Of a DNA stretch of 64,000 nt, positions 1 to 12,779 are shown piece after piece (position 1 is the first letter of the stretch; every line of letters starts with the position of its first letter). Made by a program: the position numbers and the translations under genes. Source of the DNA: Schmidtea nova (taxonomy: Eukaryota); contig CM097882.1 of assembly GCA_044892505.1 (NCBI GenBank), positions 405,790,001 through 405,854,000 on the forward strand. The letters run 5' to 3'. The notes beneath the pieces are model-generated. The model was not told the DNA's origin and searched no databases. It saw only the letters and a list, made by a program, of their open reading frames with translations.

Positions 1-664
1 AGAGTATTTATATTTTCCAACCGAAAAATAAAGGGTATCAAGGGTTAAAATTGAAAAAGTTTCAAATGATGAATATTTTTGATTTTTTAATAATTTCGAC
101 ATTCCAAAATTGTGAATTACGTAATCACTAAGTTGCTAACCGGAATCAATAATCCTTGCCAATAATGAATGGAAGTTCTGAAAGTCAAAAATTCCATAGT
201 GATTGTGCCAAAACTAATAAAACCAGTCTGATAAAATTACCGGTTATGCTAATATCAATCTAAAAATGACAGAAATAACACAGAGTTCAGTTTTTATGAT
301 ATGTATTTTACCATTATGGATCCTTTTGAAAATATTTATAATTAAATAATTGCTAATTGAATATTTTAAAAAACTGCCAATCCCATTTAGCAAATAAATT
401 TTATGAACTTGTTAAATATGCATATATAAGAAAATGAAAATTTTCATTTAAAACAGAAAACCAATCTAAAAGTAATTCTATGAAATAATTGAAATAGTCA
501 AATTTTCAACTAATCGAATTCAGATGAATAACTTGAATAAAATTCAAACAACTCAACAAAACGACCAATCCAATAATTGTGTTAGTTCGGGTGAGAGAAT
601 TATTTATGGGTGACCAATAATGTTTTAATTGTCACTTATTCAAGGTGTAATGACAGATAAAGAT

Positions 665-1572
665 ATGGAGAATTTGTTTTTTGAAATTTTCAACAGTATG
701 TTTTTAATAAAGTCAATGATAACTTCAATTTATATTATTAGAAAATGATGATGAGTTAGTGGAAGAACCCAATATTGATTTTGAAAATTTTATTGATAAT
801 GATGAAGTAAAAAACTCTTTGATTGATATTTTTGGATGTAATTTATAATTTATTTGTAATAAATTGATTATTTTATTTAATATTTAGCTGACGACATCCG
901 CTTGGATGATACTGAAGACCCAGACAATGTGATTACTTATTTTCCAGGTTGCTAAAATTAATTTTTTATTGATATTTTTAATTTTAGTTGATCTTGATGA
1001 TGATATTGATGAAACAAATCCTATTGTAAATTCTTTTTCAGATATTATTAATGAAAGTAATTTAAGCGTAAATACTTTGAATTTCGGATACATTGCTACG
1101 CCGTCTCAATTACCCGTTTATAATAAAAATAATAATAATTATCATGATAATAATATTAATAATAATAATAATAATAATTATTATAATAATGATAATNNNN
1201 NNNNNNNNNNNNNNNNNNNNNNNNNNNNNNNNNNNNNNNNNNNNNNNNNNNNNNNNNNNNNNNNNNNNNNNNNNNNNNNNNNNNNNNNNNNNNNNNNNNN
1301 NNNNNNNNNNNNNNNNNNNNNNNNNNNNNNNNNNNNNNNNNNNNNNNNTAACTTTTGCTATCCGGTCAATCATCATCAAAACAGCATTAATTATCAAAAT
1401 TATAATTATCCTTATAACCAACCTATAAACTTTGAATTTCGGATACATTGCTACGCCGTCTCAATTACCCGTTTATAATAAAAATAATAATAATTATCAT
1501 GATAATAATATTAATAATAATAATAATTATTATTATAATAATGATAATATTAATAATTATATTAATAATAAT

Positions 1573-1606
<34 letters not shown>

Positions 1607-2886
1607 GTAATAGTAATAATAATTATATAAACTATCCAAATAACTTTTGCTATCCGGTCGATCATCATCAAAACAGCATTAATTATCAAAATTATAATTA
1701 TCCTTATAACCAACCTATAAACTATAATCATCAGAATATTTATAATGCTCAACTAATGTATTCCAACCAGCTATTGAATCAAAGTGGTTTCATGAGTCTG
1801 CCAACCCAAGCTAGCAATTTAGGCTACAATTTCCAAGTATATCCAAATTATAGTGAATATAATAGTGGATATCAAACATTGTTACGGTTCATGGTAACAA
1901 TGTTGGACTTCAATCTTTCGATGCAGTGAAGCCAGCCATTGAAACAAATTATGTTGAAAATAATTTAAACGAAACCTTGGACGATATTTGGAATTTAATT
2001 GCAGATGAAGAATGCAATAATTTGCAAACAACATCACCAAGAGATCATTCAGATAAACTCAATCACAAATATCCTAGTGAGGATCAATCGAAAATCGATG
2101 ATAATAACTCCGTAGGACCAAGGAAAGCAGTTAAGATTGCAATATATGAAGGTAGTGACAAGATTAAAGAGCAACAAGTGGATAGAAAATTTGATAAAAC
2201 ATTTTGGGTCAATGCAAATATAAATTCGAGTGGATTAGCGACATCCGGTTATATAACAAATAACAACATCCAAAATAATGGACATGGTTACCATAGCAAT
2301 GACAATTTTGTTATTTTGAACTCGCACGAAGATAAAGTCCAAGACTGGAGATCGCATTGCAAGAAGCCAACAAATTGTAAGTAGAATTTATTATTTATAA
2401 AAGTTGATAAATCGATAAATTAGTACAAAAAAAGTTAAACATCAATCGCAAAAAACCAATTCGAAAAATAAAAGTCAATTCGAAATTCTACTTTCAACTA
2501 TCTGAAGATCAAGTGAAACTTGTCCAACAAGCGAGAAATGAAACAGTAAAAAACAAAATGGAAATATGGCGATTCTTTCACTTTCTATTAACTGACAAAC
2601 GTGCTAGAAAGCACGACATGGGCATAGAATGGATCGATGAAAACGATGGATCATTTGTTCTGAAAAATACGAAACAAGTAGCAACTTTGTGGGGAATTTA
2701 TACATCTGTAGAAAACATGACTTTCCAAATTATAACAAAAGAATTTAAGTAAGACCAAATATAAAAATAAATTTATGTAAAATGTTTTCAAATAGACCCT
2801 ATATGAATAGCGGAATTTTGACAAAAAATCATAATGTTCGAAAAAGCTACATTTTACACAGAAAATGTTTGAACTGGTCAAGTTGA
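665..2886 (+). CDS. Multi-exon ETS-domain transcription factor-like gene (acidic N-terminus, N/Y/Q-rich middle, divergent C-terminal ETS domain); two apparent frame lesions in exon 4
   Basis: GT-AG introns of 40-50 nt join exons 665-695, 742-837, 888-947, 988-2376, 2424-2748 and 2796-2886 with consistent phases. The C-terminus reads IWRFFHFLLTD..GIEWIDENDGSFVLKNTKQVATLWG..MTFQIITKEFK|PYMNSGILTK, colinear with ETS LWQFLLELL.D..I.W....G.F.L.....VA.[17 protein letters not shown]. The last intron splits the helix-3 codon, where many ETS genes have an intron. Lesions: a 355-bp tandem duplication (1077/1432) and a frame change near 1875. Confidence 0.8.
1077..1720 (+). repeat. Tandem duplication (355-bp offset) of the Asn-rich part of ETS exon 4; first copy contains an N gap
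   Basis: TTGAATTTCGGATACATTGCTACG starts at 1077 and 1432; ACTTTTGCTATCCGGTC(A/G)ATCATC occurs at about 1351 and 1643; N run at 1197-1349. Confidence 0.9.
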
Positions 2887-3064
2887 AACAAACCGAAAAT
2901 TTGAGAAAATTTATTTTTATAATTTTATTTTATTTAAATTTTGATTGGACATTGTAACAATATTTTTTCATTGGTTTATAAAAATGTAAATCAGATTAAA
3001 ATTTTTCTGCGATCAAAATTTAAAGCAATTTTCGCGGTTAAAATTTCTAAGGGAAATTTTGATA

Positions 3065-3160
3065 TTTTAATTCGCGGATAGAATTATGATAATAAAAATT
3101 AATTAAGTTTTTAATTCGCGGATAGAATTATGATAATAAAAATTAATTAAGTTTTTATTT
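3065..3160. repeat. Short tandem duplication (about 47 bp x2)
   Basis: TTTTAATTCGCGGATAGAATTATGATAATAAAAATTAATTAAGTTTT repeated. Confidence 0.9.
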
Positions 3161-3344
3161 AGATTGGAAAACACGAACCTGAGCACTAAGATTACCTTGA
3201 ATTTTTACCTTGAATTAAAGTTTTTAGTATTTTAGTTAAATTTGATAACTTTTATTTAAATTAATTCTCTTTAGTATTTTATGAGTTATTATGATAAAAA
3301 TCGAAATATTCTTTCAGAAAACATGTAAAATTTTCCTAATTTAT

Positions 3345-6300
3345 TGTGTTTGTTGATCGCCAATATGACCTTGACGTTACTATGGCTAACATCAATAACT
3401 CAACACATAAAACAATGAATTAACCATATTGTTGCTCGTCACAATGTAACGTTGGTAATGCAACAAATGGGTGGGTATTCGCAATCAGTGAGCGTCAAAA
3501 AATTTGAAACTATGATTGACAGAATATCTCCATTTGAGTCCCTTATTCAATAAATAATCAAACAATATTCAACATGATTTCTGATCGGCAATTCAAAATA
3601 AATATTCACATCAATTTATTACCATTAAACCAGCCATCATAAACATTCAAATGAGTACATCAATCTAGAATTATATTTAGGTACATATATGCTATCCACA
3701 TACAAAATAAGATTAGTTTAAACATTCTCGGATCCAATTTTTGACAACCACCATTCACTTAGTAATAATGCGAGTGCGCTTTAAACCAACATTGCTTTGA
3801 ATTGATTGTTTAACCTGAAATCATCGGATTTCTTTCATCCACAGAAGTCCTTTGTTTTCCAAGACAATGACTACGACTGCAGGCCTTTCATCTGCGCATA
3901 TGCTATGATGATAGCGGCGAATGACAGAATTTTCCTGTTGACTTTATCGAAACCATCAGAAAAGATGTCCACCAATTATAATTGACTATGATGAATGAAT
4001 TTCCGAAATCATCTGGTGGTGGGGTACCAAAAGATACTGCCAAAAGGCAATCTAAAAAGGTGACAAAAGAAATTCTTTTGTTTCTTCCCTAATTGCGAAA
4101 TGGTTCAAAGACCATAAAAACATCTTGGTCTTGTCACACGAATTGATATTAAGTATGATTACTCAAAATGAGTTATTCATTAGAGAAAATGTCACATTCA
4201 AGCATTTTCTTGTGATTAACAATGTCATCAGCGTTATCCCAAATGAGAATTACTGGTGCCTATATTTCTTTTCTACGGCGTATGGTACCAACCACATTTT
4301 CAACAATCAAGAGAAACTTATTTCTGAACGCTTGCTTGGTATTAGCGGTCATCTAAACTTATTAAAATTAAGGGAATCGAATGAGATCTCTCAGAATTTA
4401 AATTTGTTAAACTCTAAAATCTCTGATAGAATAATAGAGCTTTGGCTTATCGTCTCTGATGATCCAATTCTCTTTGCGTCTGTCTTCATTGAGCTGCTTG
4501 AAAAGTTATTTTTCAATAAAGAGGCATATATTTCGAAGATCAGTGAGTCCCTAAACTTATTAAAATTAAGGGAATCGAATGAGATCTCTCAGAATTTAAA
4601 TTTGTTAAACTCTAAAATCACTGATAGAATAATCACAAAATTCTTTAAAAATTTTATTTTACCTAACCGATTCTAACAGCTGAATTCTACAATGTGGTTT
4701 GCGATTCTTGATGATTGTACTCAGCACCTAAACGAATTTTTAAACTTTGAGTGGGTCATCAAGTCACAAGTTATCTTCGCCATTGTTGCACCTCCGAAAC
4801 ATCGAGAAATTTTACTTATTCTCGACTATAGAGTTGATACTTATTATCTTATCAATCCAACATCTTTGACCGAAAACAACAATTATTTGTCAACTTGTCG
4901 ACTTCTCAGAAATAAAATCAATGAAATAAAAGAAACACCTGGCCGCGTTTTAAATTTTTAGGAATGTCCTCATAACATCCGCGGCTCAGGTCTAATAAGT
5001 AAAGTACTGTTATGTGCATTTATAAATAATTTTTCTTAAGACTTACTCCTCATAAATTTAAACTTGCGCGAGATAGGAAACATTGTCAGTTCTTTGGTCC
5101 TTCACGTAAAAGAACAAGATAAAATTTATGGACAGGAGAAGGCTAAACTCACTAATAATTCTGTTATAAGCGTTCCCATCAAACAGCTTAAAACTAATGG
5201 TGACTTACTTTTAATTAAATGGACAAGTTTCAACACCAACGAAATCATTAATGCCATCAATGAGCAATTCCCAGAAAAGCTGAAACCAATTAACAAACTA
5301 TACTTGGGAACCAGACCAAGAGCCACTAAAATTAGCAAAAATAAACTTATAGAAAAATTCACAAAAGACGAAATCGGCGGTCAGCATGATCATCAACAAC
5401 TTTGATGTACCGACTCGACCAACGTTTCAGAAAATAGTTAAATATTTTTTACACGAAACTCCAGCACGTGGACATTGAAAGAAATTACTCGACTTTTGTA
5501 AACATTCATAACGAATACTTCCTCTGGAATGCATCTCGAATAAGGAAGTTATGTAAGAACTTAGAAGGGCTGATGTATTGTTGCGTCCTGAGGGTCGTAT
5601 ACTTACTTTATTGTTCAACAAGATCATTACAGAAAAGTCAATACCTGACAGATGGAAGGCTTTTAAAACCCTTCTATCTCCTAAGCCTAATAAAAATAAT
5701 AAATATGCTATAGCAAATACTATAAGATTAGTATTTGGCGTCCAATTGCTTTGCTCTCTGTCATCCACAAAGTATTTGCTTCCTGCCTAGCCTCTCGCCT
5801 TACACGCTGGATAAACTCGAATAACCTTTTTGCATGTCGGGCAAAAATGTGGCTTCATACATGATGGTTGTGATGAGCACAATTCGATTCTGTCTGCAGG
5901 GCTTGAGAACTCCAAATATAGTAAGAGCTGTCCTCTTTCTATCGCTTGGCTTGATAAAAAGGATGCCTTTGGCAGTGTTACACATGCTTACATGTGGTCC
6001 TTACTCCGGTTCATTGGAGTAACTGAAGAGTTTGCTTTCATCTTGCAAATTTTATATTCTGACACAAGCTCCTTTTATAGTTGTGGTCCTATCGTAACTC
6101 CTAACGTCCCGATTAAAAAGGGCGCCAAGCATATGCTCCATCTCCATGATTCTGTTTGCCTTGGCGATTAATCCTGTATTGGAAGCTTTTTCCAGATCTA
6201 TCTGTGATGCTTTTACCATTAGAGAATCATCTGTCAAGATTCTCGCATATGCTGATGACATTTCCATTGTCGCTAAATCTGTAGTTGACCTACAAAAACT

Positions 6301-7400
6301 TGTCATCACGGCTGTTGCAACTGCCACTGAAATAGGCTTTGAATATCGTCCGGAGAAATGGGGCTATCTACAACTACCAAATGTCCACATTGACAGCAAA
6401 ATCTACATCAATAGTGTCAAAATTCACAAGCTATTGTCCAATGAATTCTATTGGTACCTTGGTGTGCCAGTGGGCGAGGAAACTGATCAGAGTCCGTATG
6501 ACATCCTCGAACAGGTTGTGAAAGACCCCAAAAACTTGCTGACTCTGATTTGCTTGGTTGGCAAAAACTAAAAACCTACAAGATCTTCATCCACTCTCGT
6601 TTGATCTTTCCTTTTCGAACTAGAGAGATTAAAACTAATGCCCTCTCAAAATCTGGCGGTAACATTAAAATTTCAGTCAACTTCACTAGCCAACTGAGGA
6701 ATCACTTGAGGAAAATGTTGCTTTTGCCTAATCACTCAGAAATGAGTTATTTTTACAACTCTACTGAAAATGGAGGGGCGAATTGTGTTGATCTTCTTGA
6801 TGAATATCATACCCAGACCATCACGCACTTTTTCCGACTCATAACGTCAAGATGTGACTTTGCTAGGAAAACTAATCTTGATTCTTTAGCTTTTGTCACT
6901 AGTCCACGTCTTAGGATCAAAAATCCAACTCTTCAGAAAAGTCTTGATTGGCTCAAAGGCAAAGAGACTCTTCCACCCATTCTGGAAGGAAAACTCGATT
7001 CCAAAGAGCTAGGATTGTGGTTGCTTTCTTTGAGAAGACGCGTGACATTAACATCACAGTCACAGTCACGAATCGAGAACCATGTTTCTACATCACCACG
7101 GCAGCGCGTGGTACTTGCATTGTAACTCTTGACGCACGTCAGACAACATGAAAAGTGTTACACATGGCGCTCTGCGATTCGTACTTGTCCAAGTGGGAAA
7201 AAAGCTGCATCTCCAACATCATCGCTTCAGCAACAAGACTTTCACCGAAAGTGAACTAAGCAATCTATCGTTGTGAATTGTCTGAATTTGCTTGGAATCT
7301 CGTTCAGAGCTCGCACTAACACTCTTTCCATTCTTGCGAAGCCTTAAAATTAGGGAGAGAAAAGACTCTGTCGTCGGTGTCATGAGGATGATTAAATCAT
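3345..7400 (+). mobile_element. Decayed RLE-clade (NeSL/R2-like) non-LTR retrotransposon: Ulp1-like protease motifs, RT, start of the CCHC knuckle; 3'-truncated
   Basis: QDNDYDC(R)PFIC at 3860-3895 matches the Ulp1 Q-x-N-x-x-DCG motif. RT motifs: QKCGFIHDGCDEH, AWLDKKDAFGSVTH, ILFALAINPVL and ILAYADD (YADD 6248-6259). Post-RT FRARTNTL, then CRRCH at 7369. Many stops and frameshifts; no PD-(D/E)xK nuclease follows. Confidence 0.8.
4353..4625 (+). repeat. Direct repeat of about 70 bp inside the retrotransposon ORF (LNLLKLRESNEISQNLNLLNSKI x2)
   Basis: CTAAACTTATTAAAATTAAGGGAATCGAATGAG...CTCTAAAATC at about 4353 and 4551. Confidence 0.9.
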
Positions 7401-7761
7401 AGTATTTGTCACCAAGATAATTTTAAGTTATTCAAATCATAAAACTTTTTTGTAAACTAATTTTGAAGGATAGCAAATATATAAGCCATTATTTATAATA
7501 GAAATTCAGTGTATATTAATACAATGACAAATACTATGGAAAATCAATCCTTTACAATTTTAATTGTAATTTTTTTTATTGAATAATTCTGCAATATAAG
7601 ATAGAACAGATTCAAAGATAATTAAACCCTGAGTTCCCAATCTTTTTATAGTACCTTGCCTGTATGTTGTAAACCATGTGATAACGTTTGATACTGGTAG
7701 ACCAAAAATTTTTAAATGGGGAATAAAATGCAATGGAGATCATTTTTTATAAAGACAACTT

Positions 7762-7765
<4 letters not shown>

Positions 7766-7796
<31 letters not shown>
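7766..7796. repeat. (TA)n microsatellite
   Basis: Direct reading of the sequence. Confidence 0.95.
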
Positions 7797-7798
<2 letters not shown>

Positions 7799-8481
7799 CT
7801 GACACGTGCCAATTTTTATGGGGTAGTAATAGATAAGACATTCAGGTATAGACGGCATCTTTTGAGATTAGGTTAATCCCAATAAAGTATTGTAAAACAA
7901 ACAATGGATAAAAAATTGCAAATTAAAATATTAAAATGTATGGGTTATTTTAGTCATTTCTTTTTTCGAAATACAGATTTTTAATATATTTGTTTTAAAT
8001 TGTAAAATTATTCGCGTACCGGTAAGCTGCTTGTCTATGTACTGGTGTTGGATGACGAAGGTAAGTCCATCGACACTTTCCTCCTATCAGAAAATTATAG
8101 TGTGGGGTTCAATAAGTACAGAGTCAAAATTTACGCAGAACCTGTTTGTCAATCAGCAACCAAAAATCATAACGAACAATCATGAACACCAATCAGTAAA
8201 TTAGTTCTTTCGTATACCAACAAATACAACCCTTCAATCAAACAAACTAGGATCCATTCAATTCAAACGATAGCAGCACCAGCATGACATTGACAATTAT
8301 TCTGAAATTGATATTCTAATTTGATATTATTTTGAATGTGCATATTATTATTTTTGTAAATGTTTTGACAATTGCAAACGCGTATCTTTCAAAAATGTGT
8401 ATCATACTCTATTTATTTTATAACTGTATATTATTATATTTATGTACTTTTTAATTACGAATGGGAATATAAAATTAATTG

Positions 8482-8582
8482 TAGAAATAATTAATTTGTT
8501 AATCAGGAAATTAAAAAATTGTTAGATAGAGTATAGAAATAATTAATTTGTTAAACAGGAAATTAAAAAATTGTTAGATATA
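8482..8582. repeat. Tandem duplication (about 53 bp x2)
   Basis: TAGAAATAATTAATTTGTTAA(T/A)CAGGAAATTAAAAAATTGTTAGATA twice. Confidence 0.85.
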
Positions 8583-9167
8583 GATTTATGAAAGTAAAAT
8601 ATAGAAATAATTAATAGGTATTTAATAACGAAAAAATTAGTATATAAAGGACTGAAAAATTTCAGATTTGCCCACAATTTTTTAGAATTTAAATTCTAGT
8701 AAACTTAGCGCAAACATTATTCTCAAAGGGTAATCCTGAGAGAAGTTTAACATATAGGACAGCACAAAAAGTTCCACCACATTTAGTTTAAAAAGATAAC
8801 TCAACAGAGATAAATAAAACGCAAACAATATGACACCTTTATAAAATAGAAAATTGTTTAAAAATCGAAAGGATAATTGATATTTGGTGTGATTTCAAGT
8901 ATTGTTATTGGTAAATTTTTATTGTTAATAAAAATATAAATTCAATATTCGACTTCGCATATCCTATGTTGAAATCCTTAAACGATTAAAATGCAACAAA
9001 ATGTATACAATTCCATTTTTCAAACCGTTTTAGAATAATATTATTACCGATAATTTATGCAAAGAAATACATTTCCAAAATAATGACAATATATTGGGAA
9101 ATATTTTAACTTACAGATTATATTTTCTATCAGACACATGTAACAAGAAAATTAATCATTCAGATAT

Positions 9168-9620
9168 AATGAGCCAACAAGATATTGATGATATTAACAA
9201 TTTTATAAAAAGTGATTATTAAATTTTTTAATTAAATTAATTGATTAATTAACTTAATTTCAATTAAGATCTTTTTGACAAACTTTTCGCCAAAAATGGG
9301 GGTAAACAATTTTTTAGGTATGCTATCTAAATTATTTAGTTTAAATTGTTTAGGATTTGACGAAGTCACTCAATTTTCATGGTAATATTTAAAAAATTAA
9401 TAATATCCTTAAATATATTATTGTAGAGTTCAGTAAATCACTATTCCTCAAGATTCATCGATACCGTCAATGCCAAATAATAACTTCTTTTATACTCCAT
9501 ACAGTCAGAATCATAATCAATATATTAATAATCATTATGAATCGACCGTTGGGAGCTAATAGTAACAATTTATTTCAAATTGATTATCACAATAATAATA
9601 ACCATTTAATGGCAATTCAA
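9168..9620 (+). pseudogene. Possible decayed multi-exon gene: short acidic exons followed by an N/Y/Q-rich exon
   Basis: ATG AGC CAA.. and two GT..AG introns of about 52 nt give MSQQDIDDINNFIKNLFDKLFAKNGGFDEVTQFS. The third splice lands on a stop, and the downstream TIPQDSSIPSMPNNNFFYTPYSQNHNQY is in another frame. Confidence 0.3.
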
Positions 9621-12476
9621 AATTTAATGAAAATTTAAAATTAGATCAAGTCAGGATATCGTAAAAGATACGGAAGAACTATAATATCCTGTTATAAATT
9701 ACTCTAATTATAAATTAGTGTTTTGATTTTAACGGAAGTTGTTTGGGTCGTAAATAATAGAGGAATGTAACACTGAACAATGAAACCGAAACTCATTTTG
9801 GATGACGTATAATTAAATGATTTTCTCGATTTCTTATCTCGATTTTCATATATTTCCCATGTTTTAATAAATCCTAAGTGTTCGCGCTAAAAGGAGTCGT
9901 GGTGTAGTCAATCCGAAGGACGTCTCAAGAGACGAATCCAAATACTAGAGACACTTTCCCTGCGTTTGTGAAAGAGTTGCAACAACGGTTGACAAGAGCA
10001 GATGAATAATAATTACTATTGATAAATAATAGTTACAAATAAATACTATAATAGGTAATAATTACTATTAATAGAAAATAGATAAAAATAAATAATACAA
10101 ACAGTAATAGTAATAATATATAAATTAAATAAATAAATAGTAATTAAATAATAACACTTAATTACTAGGAGTAAATGAGTTTTGATGTGGTTGACCACAA
10201 ACACAAAATGTTAATTATTGCAAATGTAGGACCATGAGGCCTACTACAAATTATAAATCTGTAAAGACTGATTGTAAATCAGTAACCTGGAGAGAAACAA
10301 TAGAGTATAAATCACAAGTTAAAAAATAAAATAACAGAGAAGTTAGACAGAACTTACAGAAAACTTAAAAGAAAACAGAATCAAAAATCGAGAGTTAAAA
10401 AATCACAAGCAAAAATCACGAGCAAACACACAATTTGGTACTTAGAATCACATTTGTTGTGCCATAAATTATTTTGGTAATCTCATTTTATTTGTAATAA
10501 ATATTTTAAGAGTATTATTATTATTTTTTTAATACTATTTTACTCATCCTATTTTAGGTAAAAATCTACAGAAGAAAAATTATAGGAAAAAATATCAACC
10601 GATTTCTGGGTAACCAATTTCTGGTAACCAAGTACGAAATCACGCATCAAGCCATTTTTCTCGAAGTAACCAAATCACAAAGTTGACAAAAATTGTTTTT
10701 CTTTTAAGATTAGAATAAATCCAGTAATAATAGTTCAACTCCTGATTTTTCGTAAAAAAATATTACGCTAATTTCTAAAACCCAAATGAAAAAAAAAATA
10801 AATCTGTTAACGATCTTTGTTATTTTAGCCATAGTAGAAAAGGGAAATAATAATGTTATAAAATTGTGAAATGTTGTGAAGCAGTTACAAACCGATAATT
10901 CTAAACCGACTATTGGATAAAATTATGTAAATGATTTGTAGATTGAATGTACAATACAGTACGAATGATCAATTTTAATATTTTTTTTGTTGTTGAATTA
11001 GATTATGGTTTAACTACTTTGACTAAGTTGTTAAACAAATTATTTAACTTTAAGTAGAGTCAAATTTTAATTATTGGTTATATTTTACCAAATGAATGAA
11101 TTAACAAAAATCACATTATGGATTGACGGAAATGTCAAGTCTGTCCAGAAGCACAACCGCAAATTGGAGAGCAATAAAAACAAATTAGTCCTAGAAAATA
11201 CCTAACTGAAGCAAAGCTTGAACAAACTTAAGGCGCGATGTCACAAAATGGAAGCGAAGTGGGTCAGTGCAGACAAATTAGATCTTTGTAGAAAACAGTA
11301 TCAGCTTCTATAAAAGCAGGCGGAAGATGCCGCAATCAAGAGATGATGCCCGCTAAAAACAGCTTATTTGGGCAACTGCGAACTTCCTTTGCCTAACATG
11401 GCAGATCATGCGGAATGCGAATGTCAAAGAAAATCTAAAATCAATTTTGAAAAAATTTCATAAAAGTATTCTTTTGGATGCCTGGAAATCAATTCAATAA
11501 GCTACATAACTTGATTATGTTTCTCAGAGATTGAAACAGAACACTAATGAGTGGAATTGATGAAAACTATGTGCGGAAGAGAGTTTTGTTTAAATCCCTA
11601 TTTATTGGTAACACTAGCGTGTAAAAAGTCAATACGCGTTAATCAAATGATACTTATAAGTTAGCTAACAATATACAAAAGTTAAAACAGCTGAAAGTAA
11701 GTCATGGGACCTGGTGTACCGCGAAGAAAATATTCATCTATACTCCAAGCAAGATAAGTCTGGCAGAAAAACTTACCCAGCCGATAAATAACTAATCAGT
11801 CAAATCCAAAATCAGAATAATCACATACAATAATTAAAACGAATGAAGATAAATTATATATTATGAAATTTAGTGCACCGAGCTGTAATTAATTATGTGT
11901 TTTGAATTGAGTATGCCAAAGGCAAATCAAGAAGTATAAAAAATCTACACAGCCTCAATTTGATTCATAATCCAGTCTAATTACGGTCACAGCTTAATAA
12001 ATAGTGCAAATAGACTCTAAGCATCAATAACATTTATAGATTATAACATTTGAATTGTATATGAAGATAATTTTATTGGTGTAGTAAAATTTATTAAAAA
12101 ATTCTTATTACAAAACATAATTAAACAAAATTAATTAAATATTAATGACTACCTTGGATATCAACTTTGTGTTGGGCTAGTACATAAACAGAAAGTGCAT
12201 GAACGAGATGAGTAATTTAATAATAAAAGAGGAACTAACAAGAAGTATTAAAAATAATAATGAAAGACACAAAAACATTCAAGAAACAATGATTACAGAC
12301 GGATAGAATAAATAAAATAAAATTGAAAAAAATCGGAGAAAAACGAGAAAAATTAAGAAAATGACTACAAATTAAGAAAATAACAGCCATTAAGATTTTA
12401 AATTAATAGGATAATGAAAAGAATAAAAAAAACAAGAATAAAAAAAAAATTTTAAAAATAAATTAAAATCCGGATT

Positions 12477-12771
12477 GATTGGCCAATAAATGGCTAACTT
12501 GATTCTGATTGGCTGCCTGATCGCCAAATTTACTATATAAAGAGGCGCTCATGTTAGTTTCTTAATTTCATTTTATACCAGTATTATCTGTCATTTTATA
12601 CACCCAAACGTCAATTTCTGTTCACACTTAGTAATTAAATTTTCGTTGAGCACTCGGAGGAACCAGACCTTTTGTTATCATTATCAATCGTATCGGAATT
12701 GAACTGTAAGTTTATGTCTTTATTCAATAAGTGATTTTAATTGAAAGCGTGTGACTTTTATTCTGGTAGCA
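12477..12771 (+). promoter_or_regulatory. LTR-like Pol II promoter module: CCAAT boxes, TATA, and an 8-nt iMet-tRNA PBS-like sequence
   Basis: GATTGGCCAAT (12477), GATTGGC (12507), TATATAAA (12534), TGGTAGCA (12764-12771). LTR termini not identified. Confidence 0.4.
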
Positions 12772-12779
12772 ATACTATT

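Noticed and set aside
1-48. AAGGG|TTAA resembling a piggyBac right end
   Set aside because: Too short, and the rest lies outside the window.
1093-1752. Poly-Ile ORFs on both strands
   Set aside because: Alternative frames of the (AAT)n tract and N gap inside the ETS exon.
3100-3345. Spliced-leader or snRNA target next to the NeSL-like element
   Set aside because: No sequence resembling a recalled planarian SL or U2 snRNA at either end.
9766-10560. LTR-like segment starting TGTAAC after a purine run
   Set aside because: No matching 3' terminus or TSD could be found.
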